This document shows positions 38,866-47,297 of a stretch of DNA of 64,000 nucleotides, one piece after another. The notes below the pieces were generated by a model that was not told the origin of the DNA, did no database searches, and was given only the letters and a program-made list of their open reading frames with translations. Source of the stretch: an uncultured bacterium (lineage in GTDB: Bacteria; Krumholzibacteriota; Krumholzibacteriia; Krumholzibacteriales; Krumholzibacteriaceae). The DNA is taken from the NCBI GenBank assembly GCA_963786935.1, contig CAWBAN010000001.1, positions 480,001 to 544,000 of the forward strand, read 5' to 3'. The translations under genes were made by a program, and so were the position numbers. The first letter of the stretch is position 1, and each line of letters opens with the position of its first letter.

Positions 38866-40382
38866 TTCGGAGCGATATCCGGAACGTGATCCTGGCCGCG
38901 GCGCTCTTCGCCGTGCTGCTCCTGCCGCTCCGGGACGCGATCGTCGACGACACGTACATTCACCTCCAGTACGCGACGAACCTCGCCGAGGCAGGGGAGC
39001 TGTCCTTCAACCGCGGGGAGCCGACGTACGGCGCCACGAGCCCGCTCTGGGTGGGGATCCTCGCGCTGTCCGTGAAAGCGGGCGCCGATCCGCTCGTCGC
39101 GTGCCGGATTCTCGCCTGGCTCTTCGCCGTCGCCTCGATCGCGCTCGTCTACCGCATCGCGTCGCGGGGTGAGGACGGCGCCTGGACGGCGGCGGCCGCC
39201 GCGTTCATACTCGCGGCGGAGGCGTGGTTCGTGCGATGGAGCGCCGTCGGCATGGAGACCTCCTTCGCCGTGTTCATGACGCTCGTCGTCTTCGATCTCG
39301 CGCGCTGCGCGGCGCGGTCGGCGCGCCGTTCGGCGCTCCTCGGCGGGGCGCTCTTCCTCGCGGCGCTCTCGCGCCCCGAGGCGATCCTGCTCGTCCCGCT
39401 CGCGGCGTTCGCGCTGCTCTTCGCGCGGGGGACGCCGCGGCGATTCGCGTTTCTCCTCGTGTTCGTTCCGCTCTTCGCCGCGTGGCTCGTCGTGATCGAG
39501 CGGCACACGGGGACCATGTTTCCGCTCACCGCGGGAGCGAAGCAGGGCGCGATCGATTTCTCCGCCGCGCTGTTCCGGCGCGCCGCGATTCCCGCGCGGA
39601 TCATGGGGGCGACGCTCCTGCTCCCGTGGGCGGCTCTGCTCGCCGGCATCGCGGCGGGGCTGATCCGCCGCCGCTCGCTCGGCGCGTACCTCACGGAATC
39701 GGGGAGCCTGCGTGATGAGCCGGGAGCGCTCCTCATGCTGCTCTGGGCGTTCTCGCTCCCCGTCGCGTACGTCGCGCTCGATTTTCAGGTGCTCTCGCGG
39801 TATCTCGTGCCGGTCGTTCCGCCCGTGATCGTGCTCGGCCTCGCGGCGTGGCGGAAGCTCGTCGGCGCTCGGGCGGTGCGCGCCGGCGCGCGCCGGGCGG
39901 CGCTCGTCGCCTTCGCCGCGGTCGCCGTCGCGCAGAGCGTGCTCGTCTACGAGATCGCCGTCGTGCCGCCGACGCGCGCGTTCTCGGCGGCGCTCGAGAC
40001 GACGCTCGCCGACATGGGGCGCTGGCTTGACCGGAACGCGCCACCGGACGCCCTCGTCGCCGCGCCCGATATCGGCGCCGTCGGGTATTACTCGCACCGC
40101 CGGATCCTCGACCTCGGCGGCCTCGTGACTCCCGAGATCAACCGCATGCGGCGCGGGATCGACGTCGAGCGAATCATCGACGAGGGGATGTACCTCCGGT
40201 TCGGTCCGGATTACCTCGTCGACCGGCACCGGACGCCCGCGCGCTTCGCCGGACGGATCATCGGCGGCGTCTCCTTCGAGCCGGTCATGCGGGGAGAGGC
40301 GCCCAATCTCGGCATCAGGAAGCCGGAGCCGGTGGTCTACGTGCTCTACCGGCTCGAGCGGGTCACGGAGGCGGGCGAATGA
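38862..40382 (+). CDS. GT-C fold membrane glycosyltransferase
   Basis: DDTYIHLQYA.NLA...GATSPLW, GMET, SRPEA, RYLVP, DIGAVGY, LDLGGL. Confidence 0.78.
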   Translation: MIRSDIRNVILAAALFAVLLLPLRDAIVDDTYIHLQYATNLAEAGELSFNRGEPTYGATSPLWVGILALSVKAGADPLVACRILAWLFAVASIALVYRIASRGEDGAWTAAAAAFILAAEAWFVRWSAVGMETSFAVFMTLVVFDLARCAARSARRSALLGGALFLAALSRPEAILLVPLAAFALLFARGTPRRFAFLLVFVPLFAAWLVVIERHTGTMFPLTAGAKQGAIDFSAALFRRAAIPARIMGATLLLPWAALLAGIAAGLIRRRSLGAYLTESGSLRDEPGALLMLLWAFSLPVAYVALDFQVLSRYLVPVVPPVIVLGLAAWRKLVGARAVRAGARRAALVAFAAVAVAQSVLVYEIAVVPPTRAFSAALETTLADMGRWLDRNAPPDALVAAPDIGAVGYYSHRRILDLGGLVTPEINRMRRGIDVERIIDEGMYLRFGPDYLVDRHRTPARFAGRIIGGVSFEPVMRGEAPNLGIRKPEPVVYVLYRLERVTEAGE

Positions 40383-41227
40383 CGGATACCCGCGGCACGA
40401 ACGCCCGGCGGGGCGGGGGAGGAGCGGCAGCCGCCGAGCCCGTCATCCCGGCGGGGATCCCCGCCGATCGGTTCCCCGACCTGCTGCGCAACTGGTTTCT
40501 CGGCTCCCGCGCGCGGTCTCACCTGAGCAGGAGGCGCTACCGTGAGATCACGGGCATGCTTCGTGGAACGCCGCGCGGGCGCGCCCTCGACGCGGGGTGC
40601 GGGTGGGGATACAATCTCTTCCTCCTCGCGCGCGAGGGAATGGAGCCGTTCGGCATCGACATCGTGCAGAACGATTTTCTCGCGGCGAGAATGATCGCCG
40701 AAGCGAACGGCTACGAACCGCTGCTCGCCGGCGCGGACGTGAGCGCCCTCCCGTTCGCGGCTGACTCGTTCGCCGCGGTCGCCGCCGTCGAAACATTCGA
40801 GCACATCTTCGAGCCGGATCGCGCGGGCGCCGCCCGCGAAGCGTGGCGCGTGCTCGAGCCGGGAGGGGCGCTCGCGATCTCGACGCCGAACTACTACTCG
40901 ATCGTCGAAACGGGAAAGCGCGTGATCGTCAGATGGGGCTTCCTCAAGCGTCTATTCCCGACGATGTGCTATCCGGCCGGAATCGTGAAGCGGGAGGATT
41001 ACCATCCGTACCGCTATCACCGGCCCACGCCGCCCCGCGAGATCGTCAGGCTGTTCGAGGCGGCCGGATTCCGCGTCGAGCGTACGCGGACGATCATATT
41101 CATATGGAAGAACGTGCCCGATTTTCTCTTTCCGGTCGCGCGATTCTGCGAGTCGATTCTCGAGCGCACGCCCCTCGTGAAGAACCTCGCCAGCACGCTC
41201 GTCGTGCTCGCGAGAAAGCCGTCCTGA
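40379..41227 (+). CDS. class I SAM-dependent methyltransferase
   Basis: LDAGCGWG, LPFAADSF, ETFEHI, ISTPN. Confidence 0.88.
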   Translation: MTDTRGTNARRGGGGAAAAEPVIPAGIPADRFPDLLRNWFLGSRARSHLSRRRYREITGMLRGTPRGRALDAGCGWGYNLFLLAREGMEPFGIDIVQNDFLAARMIAEANGYEPLLAGADVSALPFAADSFAAVAAVETFEHIFEPDRAGAAREAWRVLEPGGALAISTPNYYSIVETGKRVIVRWGFLKRLFPTMCYPAGIVKREDYHPYRYHRPTPPREIVRLFEAAGFRVERTRTIIFIWKNVPDFLFPVARFCESILERTPLVKNLASTLVVLARKPS

Positions 41228-41369
41228 ATCCCGGGGAAGAAGTGGGGAAATCATGTCGAGATGAACGCTCGACTGAATTTTTTTCATTTCCCTGTGGGCA
41301 TAGCAGCTAACCCTATTTTTATTAATAAGTTATAAATTGCAGAAAAGAGTGTTCCCCGCGACTTTCCTA

Positions 41370-41402
41370 TTGACATGGTGGGAGAAAGTGGGTTAGTGTG
41401 GG
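41370..41402 (+). promoter_or_regulatory. mraZ/dcw promoter with three MraZ boxes
   Basis: TTGACA at 41370; GTGGG at 41378, 41388 and 41398 (10-bp period); TAGTGT at 41394. Confidence 0.85.
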
Positions 41403-41485
41403 ACCACGCTTTACTTTTAAGCGCTCTCAGATGCAGGGATAGGCAGTAGGGCTCTCGAAATCACGGTCAAGGCAGCGGTCGAGAA

Positions 41486-41935
41486 ATGGCGGAGAAACCC
41501 AACAGAAAATTCATCGGCATGTTCCCCTGCACGCTCGACGCCAAGTCGCGGCTGACGATTCCGTCGAAGTTCCGCGAGCTCGTTCCCGGCGAGGAGGGCT
41601 CCAAGATCCTCGTCATCAGCCGCGGCAAGGAGCGCTGCCTGTATCTGTTCACTCCCGACTATTTCGACTGGATCATCGACCAGCTCGGGCTCCTGCCGCC
41701 GGGACCGCAGCAGCGGAACCTGATCCGGTATTACAGCAGCGAGTCGGAGCATCTCAAGGTCGACAAGGTCGGCCGGGTGCAGATGAGCGCGCGCCATCTC
41801 GAATCGTTCGGTCTCGCGAAGAACGTCGTCGTCGTCGGCGGCCTCACCCATATGGAAGTGTGGAAGCCCGAGGAGTACGAAAAGATCATGGAGTCCGCGG
41901 ACGACGCGTATCACAACGGGGAATGGCAACTGTAG
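41486..41935 (+). CDS. mraZ: division/cell wall cluster transcriptional repressor MraZ
   Basis: LDAKSRLTIPSKFR, VDKVGRV, EVWKP. Confidence 0.93.
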   Translation: MAEKPNRKFIGMFPCTLDAKSRLTIPSKFRELVPGEEGSKILVISRGKERCLYLFTPDYFDWIIDQLGLLPPGPQQRNLIRYYSSESEHLKVDKVGRVQMSARHLESFGLAKNVVVVGGLTHMEVWKPEEYEKIMESADDAYHNGEWQL

Positions 41936-41947
41936 GACGGTGAGCGC

Positions 41948-42325
41948 ATGAAGATCTACCGGAGCGACAAGGGAGGCATCGGGCTGTGGAAGCTCTCCGG
42001 AACGGTGGAGCGTGACGATGCCGTTATGCTGCTCAGCTCGCTCAGGGATTTGCGGGAATCGAGCCGCGGGTGCTTCATCCTCGATTTTGAAAGGGTCAAG
42101 CACGTCGACTACCGCGCCTTCAACGTTCTCGAGGACGGCTACCCCGAGGGGGCCCGCGTGATCCTGAGCGGATTCAGCGATTACGTGCTCAATATCTTCG
42201 CGTTCGTGACGAGAGGGGGCGTGTTCCCCGTCTACACCGATTGGCGGAAGGCCCTCAGGCATCTCGTCGTCGAGCGCGGGAAGCTCGGCACCCCCATCCC
42301 CGCGGGCTCCGCGGGAAGCGAGTGA
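41948..42325 (+). CDS. STAS/anti-sigma-antagonist-like small protein
   Basis: KLSGTV, ILDFERVKHVD, VILSG.S.YV.NIF, D...AL pattern. Confidence 0.65.
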   Translation: MKIYRSDKGGIGLWKLSGTVERDDAVMLLSSLRDLRESSRGCFILDFERVKHVDYRAFNVLEDGYPEGARVILSGFSDYVLNIFAFVTRGGVFPVYTDWRKALRHLVVERGKLGTPIPAGSAGSE

Positions 42326-42333
42326 TATGAGGA

Positions 42334-43251
42334 ATGCCGGCGGAACGACATACACCGGTCATGGCGGAAGCGGCCGTCGATCTGCTCCTCGCGCGGAAAT
42401 CGGGTCTCTTCGTGGACTGCACGGTCGGCACGGGCGGCCATACGGAGCTCATCCTGCAATCGGCGGACCCGTCGGCGGAGGTTCTGGGGATCGATCGCGA
42501 CGCGGCGGCGCTCGAGGAGGCGCGCGTCCGGCTCGCCCCCTTCGGGGAGCGCGTGACGCTCGTCTGCGCGAACTTCCGGGATATCGCAGGGTTGCTCGGC
42601 GCACGGAATGCGGACGGCTTTCTCCTCGATCTCGGGCTCTCGACCTACCAGCTCTCGGACGCGACGCGCGGATTCAGCTACCAATCGAACGGACCGCTCG
42701 ACATGGCGATGGGGACGGACGGCCGCTCGGTCGCGGAATTCATCGCGTCGAGCGGGGAGCGAGAGATCGCCGCCGTGCTGCGCGAGTACGGGGAGGAGCG
42801 TCGCGCGCGCGGGATCGCGCGGGAGATCGTGCGGCTCAGGGACTCGCGCGGCATGGAGACGACCCTGCAGCTCCGCGAGGCGGTCGCGAAGGCCGCTCCG
42901 GCCCGCGACGTGAACGGCACGTGCTCGCGCGTGTTTCAGGCGCTGCGGATCTGGGCGAACGGGGAGCTCGAGAGCCTCTCGGCGTTCCTGCCGTCGGCCG
43001 TGGATCACGCGCGTCCCGGGGGCAGGCTCGTCGTCATCAGCTACCATTCGCTCGAGGATCGAATCGTCAAGCGGTTCTTCAGGCAGGAGGCGCTCGGCTG
43101 CGTGTGTCCGAAGGATTTCCCGGAATGCCGGTGCGGAAAGCTCCCGCGTCTGGCGGTGCTCACGCGGTCGGCGTCGCGGCCGTCACCGGAAGAGATCGAA
43201 CGAAATTCGCGGTCGCGGAGCGCGAGACTCCGCGCGGCAGAGAGGTTGTGA
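42334..43251 (+). CDS. rsmH: 16S rRNA C1402 N4-methyltransferase
   Basis: HTPVM, DCTVGTGGH, DLGLS..Q, FQALRI, SYHSLEDR, RSARLR. Confidence 0.96.
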   Translation: MPAERHTPVMAEAAVDLLLARKSGLFVDCTVGTGGHTELILQSADPSAEVLGIDRDAAALEEARVRLAPFGERVTLVCANFRDIAGLLGARNADGFLLDLGLSTYQLSDATRGFSYQSNGPLDMAMGTDGRSVAEFIASSGEREIAAVLREYGEERRARGIAREIVRLRDSRGMETTLQLREAVAKAAPARDVNGTCSRVFQALRIWANGELESLSAFLPSAVDHARPGGRLVVISYHSLEDRIVKRFFRQEALGCVCPKDFPECRCGKLPRLAVLTRSASRPSPEEIERNSRSRSARLRAAERL

Positions 43252-43252
43252 G

Positions 43253-43678
43253 ATGAGCACGAACAGCGGATACGCCTCGGGATTTCACCTTCTCGTCAAG
43301 CGGGCGCTCGAGGGCAGGGTCACGCCCCTTACCTTTCTTCTCATCCTCGGATTCTTCTCGACGCTCGTCCTCTTCTACATTTCGCTGCACGTCTATTTTT
43401 TCAATATCTCGAACGACATAGCCGGCATGAGCGAGCGCGTCGACGCGCTCATGGACGCGAACGTGCGTCTCATGGCCTCCTACAACGTGCTCGCCTCGCC
43501 CGGCCGGATCATCCCGATGGCGCAGGATCTCGGATTGCGGGCGGGCTCGACCGACGAAGTCCATCGGCTCGCGCTCCGCATCGACGCCTCGTCCGACCGG
43601 GAGGAGCCGTCGTGGGCGCAGCTCAGGATGGATGAGTTGCTGGAGCTCGCACCCTTCCAGAAGCCGGGGACGAAATGA
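43253..43678 (+). CDS. ftsL: FtsL-like cell division protein
   Basis: One TM, coiled coil, LASP.RI..A..LGL; lies between rsmH and ftsI. Confidence 0.7.
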   Translation: MSTNSGYASGFHLLVKRALEGRVTPLTFLLILGFFSTLVLFYISLHVYFFNISNDIAGMSERVDALMDANVRLMASYNVLASPGRIIPMAQDLGLRAGSTDEVHRLALRIDASSDREEPSWAQLRMDELLELAPFQKPGTK

Positions 43679-45816
43679 GCGAAATGTATCCGAGACGCCG
43701 CCTGCGCGCGCTGTCGATCGCCGTCACGCTCATCGTCGGCGTCCTCGCCTACCGGCTCGTCGACCTCCAGATCATCGATCACGAAAGGTACGTCACGAAG
43801 GCGAAGGGGCAGTGGTACCGCCGGCAGACGATCCCCGCCCGGCGGGGGAACATCTTCGACCGGAACGGATTCCCGCTCGCGGTGACGCACTGGACCTATA
43901 CGATCGGCGTGACGCCGAAGCACTTCCCCGCGGACGACCGGACCGCGGTCGCCCGCCTCGCGCTCGCCTGTGATCTCTCCAAAAAGGAGCTGCGCCGCCG
44001 GCTCGGCCGGAACGACACCTACATTCTGCTCGGCAAGGATCGTCATTTGGACGAAGAGCAGGTGGCGCAGCTCTCCCGCCTCCCCGGCGTGCGCCTCGAT
44101 CCCAATCACGACCGTATCTACCCGTACGACGCGATGCCCCCGCAGCTCGTGGGTGCGATCCGCGCGGACGGAAAGGGCACGGCAGGCGTCGAGCTCGCGT
44201 TCCAGGACGTGCTCGCCGGCGAGGACGGATGGCTGCTCGAGAGCCAGCTCTCGGGTGATCGCAAGGGATTCCAGCCGGTCAACGCCCCGGGGCGAAAGCC
44301 GCGCAACGGCACCGATCTCTACCTCACGATCGACACGCGGATACAGACGATCGTCGACTTCGAGCTCGAGGCGGCGATCGAGCGCTACCGCGCCGCGGGG
44401 GGCGTGGCGCTCGTCGTCGAGCCGGCGACCGGAGACGTGCTCGCCATATCCGAGCAGCCGCGGCGCGAGGTGGCGCGCGACGGGTCCGCGGTCGACGGGT
44501 TCGCGCTCCAGTCGATCAACTGCATCTACGAGCCGGGCTCGACCTTCAAGCTCATCACCGATTCCTACCTTCTCGAGGCGGGGAAGGTCGACCCGTACGA
44601 CGCGTTCTTCGGCGAGAACGGGAAAGCGACTTTCGAGTTCGGGACCTTCCACGACGATCACGAGTTCGGATGGCTCAGCTTCAAGGAATCATTCGTCTAT
44701 TCGAGCAATATCTGCACGATCAAGGCGGCCCTCGCCGCGACCCCCGACGAATTCTACCGGCACATTCTCCGGTTCGGATTCGGCGGGAGGACCGGCATCG
44801 AGCTCCCCGCCGAGTCCCGCGGGACGCTCCGCGAGCCGCGGCTCTGGTCGGATCGCTCGCTCGCGAGCATCGCCATCGGCCACGAGATCGGCGTCACGCC
44901 GATACAGATGGCGATGGCGTACGCGGCGCTCGCCAACGGCGGGAGCCTCCTCGCCCCGCGGATCGCGCTCGAGGCGCGGGACGCCCGGAACTCCGTCGTC
45001 CGCGCCTTTCCGGTCGCCGCGGTGCGGAAGGTGTTCTCGGAGCGCACGGCGGCCACGATGCGCGATTTCTGCGAGGAGGTCGTGCTCAAGGGAACGGGCG
45101 TGAAGGCCGCGGTGAACGGTATCGCGGTGGCGGGGAAGACGGGAACGTCGCAAAAAGTCGTGAACGGCCGCTACGGGGACGAGAAATACGTCGTGAGCTT
45201 CATCGGCTTCGCGCCGGCACGGGATCCGCGGATCGTGTGCGTCGTCGTCCTCGACGAGCCGGTCTATCCGTATTACTGGGGCGCCGAATCGTCGGCCCCG
45301 CTGTTCGCGAAGATCGTCGAGGGCATCAACCTGTCGACCGATCTCTTCTGCGATCCCGACGGCGCGAACGTCGCCGTCGGCGGGAAATCGCGCGGTTCGA
45401 AGCGCGTGCCGAGCTTCCTCCGCCTCACGACGGACGAGGCGACGGATCTCGCCTCGGAATGCGGCCTCACCGTGAACTGTCCCGACGTCAAGGGAATCGT
45501 CTTCTCGCAGTCCCCCGATCCCGGCACGCTCGTCGGCCGGAAGGACGAGGTGAAGCTCATGGTCCGCGCGGCCGTGTCGAACGAGGCGTCGCCGCCGAGC
45601 GTTCCCGACGTCGCGGGGCTTTCGATCCGCGAGGCGCGGCGGCTGCTCCTCGCGTGCGGGCTCGACTGCGTCGTGCGCGGATTCGGCGTCGTCGAGCGGC
45701 AGGATCCGCCGGCGGGGACGATCATCTCCCGGCTCGGCAGGGTGCTGCTGATCTGCAATCCGTTGAGCGAAGAGCCGGTCCGGGCGGCCGAGCGGGGGAA
45801 CGGAGCGTCGGATTGA
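43675..45816 (+). CDS. ftsI: class B PBP FtsI with two C-terminal PASTA domains
   Basis: RGNIFDRNG, EPGSTFK, SSN, GKTGT; VPSF...QSPDPG and VPDV.G...QDPPAG. Confidence 0.93.
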   Translation: MSEMYPRRRLRALSIAVTLIVGVLAYRLVDLQIIDHERYVTKAKGQWYRRQTIPARRGNIFDRNGFPLAVTHWTYTIGVTPKHFPADDRTAVARLALACDLSKKELRRRLGRNDTYILLGKDRHLDEEQVAQLSRLPGVRLDPNHDRIYPYDAMPPQLVGAIRADGKGTAGVELAFQDVLAGEDGWLLESQLSGDRKGFQPVNAPGRKPRNGTDLYLTIDTRIQTIVDFELEAAIERYRAAGGVALVVEPATGDVLAISEQPRREVARDGSAVDGFALQSINCIYEPGSTFKLITDSYLLEAGKVDPYDAFFGENGKATFEFGTFHDDHEFGWLSFKESFVYSSNICTIKAALAATPDEFYRHILRFGFGGRTGIELPAESRGTLREPRLWSDRSLASIAIGHEIGVTPIQMAMAYAALANGGSLLAPRIALEARDARNSVVRAFPVAAVRKVFSERTAATMRDFCEEVVLKGTGVKAAVNGIAVAGKTGTSQKVVNGRYGDEKYVVSFIGFAPARDPRIVCVVVLDEPVYPYYWGAESSAPLFAKIVEGINLSTDLFCDPDGANVAVGGKSRGSKRVPSFLRLTTDEATDLASECGLTVNCPDVKGIVFSQSPDPGTLVGRKDEVKLMVRAAVSNEASPPSVPDVAGLSIREARRLLLACGLDCVVRGFGVVERQDPPAGTIISRLGRVLLICNPLSEEPVRAAERGNGASD

Positions 45817-47297
45817 AGCTGTCGAGTCTCATCGAGGGGATCGGCCCGTCGAAGCGCGTCGCCTTCCGCGACGTCGAGGTGACGGGCATCTCGACCGACT
45901 CCCGCGCGCTCGATCCGGGGGATTGTTTCGTCGCGATCGCCGGCCACGCCGCGGACGGCCACGCCTTCGTCGCGGACGCCGTCCGGAGGGGGGCCTCGGC
46001 GCTCGTCGTCGAGATCCCGGTCGAAGCGGCCGTTCCCGCCGTCGTCGTGCGGAACTCCGCTCTCGCCGCCGCCCTCATGGCGAAGCGTTTCTACGGGGAT
46101 CCCGCGTCCAGCCTCCGGCTCGCCGGCATCACGGGAACGAACGGAAAGACGTCGAGCGCTTTTCTGCTGCGCTCGATCATGAATATCGCGCACGGCCCGT
46201 GCGGCATGATCGGCACGATCGGGTACGGTGTCGGCGGCGAGCTCTCCTCGACGCGCAATACGACGCCGGGCGCCGTCGATCTCTACCGCGTCATGGCGGA
46301 TTTCCTGAATCGCGGATGCCGCTCGGCCGTCATGGAGGTGAGCTCCCACGCGGCGGAGCAGGGAAGAATCACGGGGCTCGAGTTCGACGTCGGCGCCTTC
46401 ACGAACGTGACGCGCGATCACCTCGACTACCACGGCACGCTCGAGCGGTACGTCGAGGCGAAGGAGGCGTTCGTGCGCGCGCTCGCGGACTCCGGGCGGC
46501 GCAAGGGGCCGGGGACGTTCGCGTACAACGCCGACGATCCCGAGGTCGCGCGCGTCGCGAAGCGATTCGCGGGTCCGCGCGTTTCGTTCGGCGTCTCGTC
46601 CCGGGCGGACGTTCGCGCCGAAGGCGTCACGGCGAGCCTCAGGGGCACGAGCTTCGACCTCGTCATCGGGCCGGATCGCACGCGCCTCGATCTCAAGCTT
46701 CTCGGGACGATCTCGGTGTACAACGCGCTCACCGCGGCCGCCTGCGCCCACGCGCTCGGCGTCGACGCGGGCTCCGTCAAGGCGGGACTCGAAGGCGTCG
46801 CGCAGGTGCCGGGGCGGTTCCAGGTCGTCTCCATCGGCCGGGGCCCCACGGCCGTCGTCGATTACGCGCACACGCCCGACGCACTCGAGAAGCTCCTCAA
46901 TTTCTGCCGGGAGCTCAAGCCCCGGAAGATCGTGACCGTGTTCGGATGCGGCGGCGACCGCGACCGCGGAAAACGGCCGATGATGGGAGGAATCGCCTCC
47001 CGCCTCAGCAATATCGTATTCGTCACCGACGACAATCCGCGCACCGAGGACCCGGACCTGATCGTGAAAGAGATCATCGCCGGCGTCGGGACGGGCGCGG
47101 CGCCGGTCCACGTCGTGCGGGACCGGCGCTCGGCGATCCGCGCGGCCGTCGGGGCCGCCGAGGAGGGAGATCTCGTCGTCATCGCCGGGAAAGGGCACGA
47201 GAACGAGCAGATCGTGAAGGACGCCCGCGTGCCGTTCAACGACGCGCTCGAGGCCGAAGAGGCGCTCCGGACCCGGGAGGTGGATCATCAGGGCTGA
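45813..47297 (+). CDS. murE: UDP-MurNAc-Ala-Glu--meso-DAP ligase
   Basis: TTG start; TGTNGKTS, MEVSSH, DYAHTPD, DNPR (DAP specificity), GKGHE. Confidence 0.96.
   Translation: MKLSSLIEGIGPSKRVAFRDVEVTGISTDSRALDPGDCFVAIAGHAADGHAFVADAVRRGASALVVEIPVEAAVPAVVVRNSALAAALMAKRFYGDPASSLRLAGITGTNGKTSSAFLLRSIMNIAHGPCGMIGTIGYGVGGELSSTRNTTPGAVDLYRVMADFLNRGCRSAVMEVSSHAAEQGRITGLEFDVGAFTNVTRDHLDYHGTLERYVEAKEAFVRALADSGRRKGPGTFAYNADDPEVARVAKRFAGPRVSFGVSSRADVRAEGVTASLRGTSFDLVIGPDRTRLDLKLLGTISVYNALTAAACAHALGVDAGSVKAGLEGVAQVPGRFQVVSIGRGPTAVVDYAHTPDALEKLLNFCRELKPRKIVTVFGCGGDRDRGKRPMMGGIASRLSNIVFVTDDNPRTEDPDLIVKEIIAGVGTGAAPVHVVRDRRSAIRAAVGAAEEGDLVVIAGKGHENEQIVKDARVPFNDALEAEEALRTREVDHQG

Noticed and set aside
41347..41360. 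GAGTGTTCCCCGCG resembles the start of a type I-E CRISPR repeat
   Set aside because: Single partial copy, no second palindrome arm, no spacers, no cas genes
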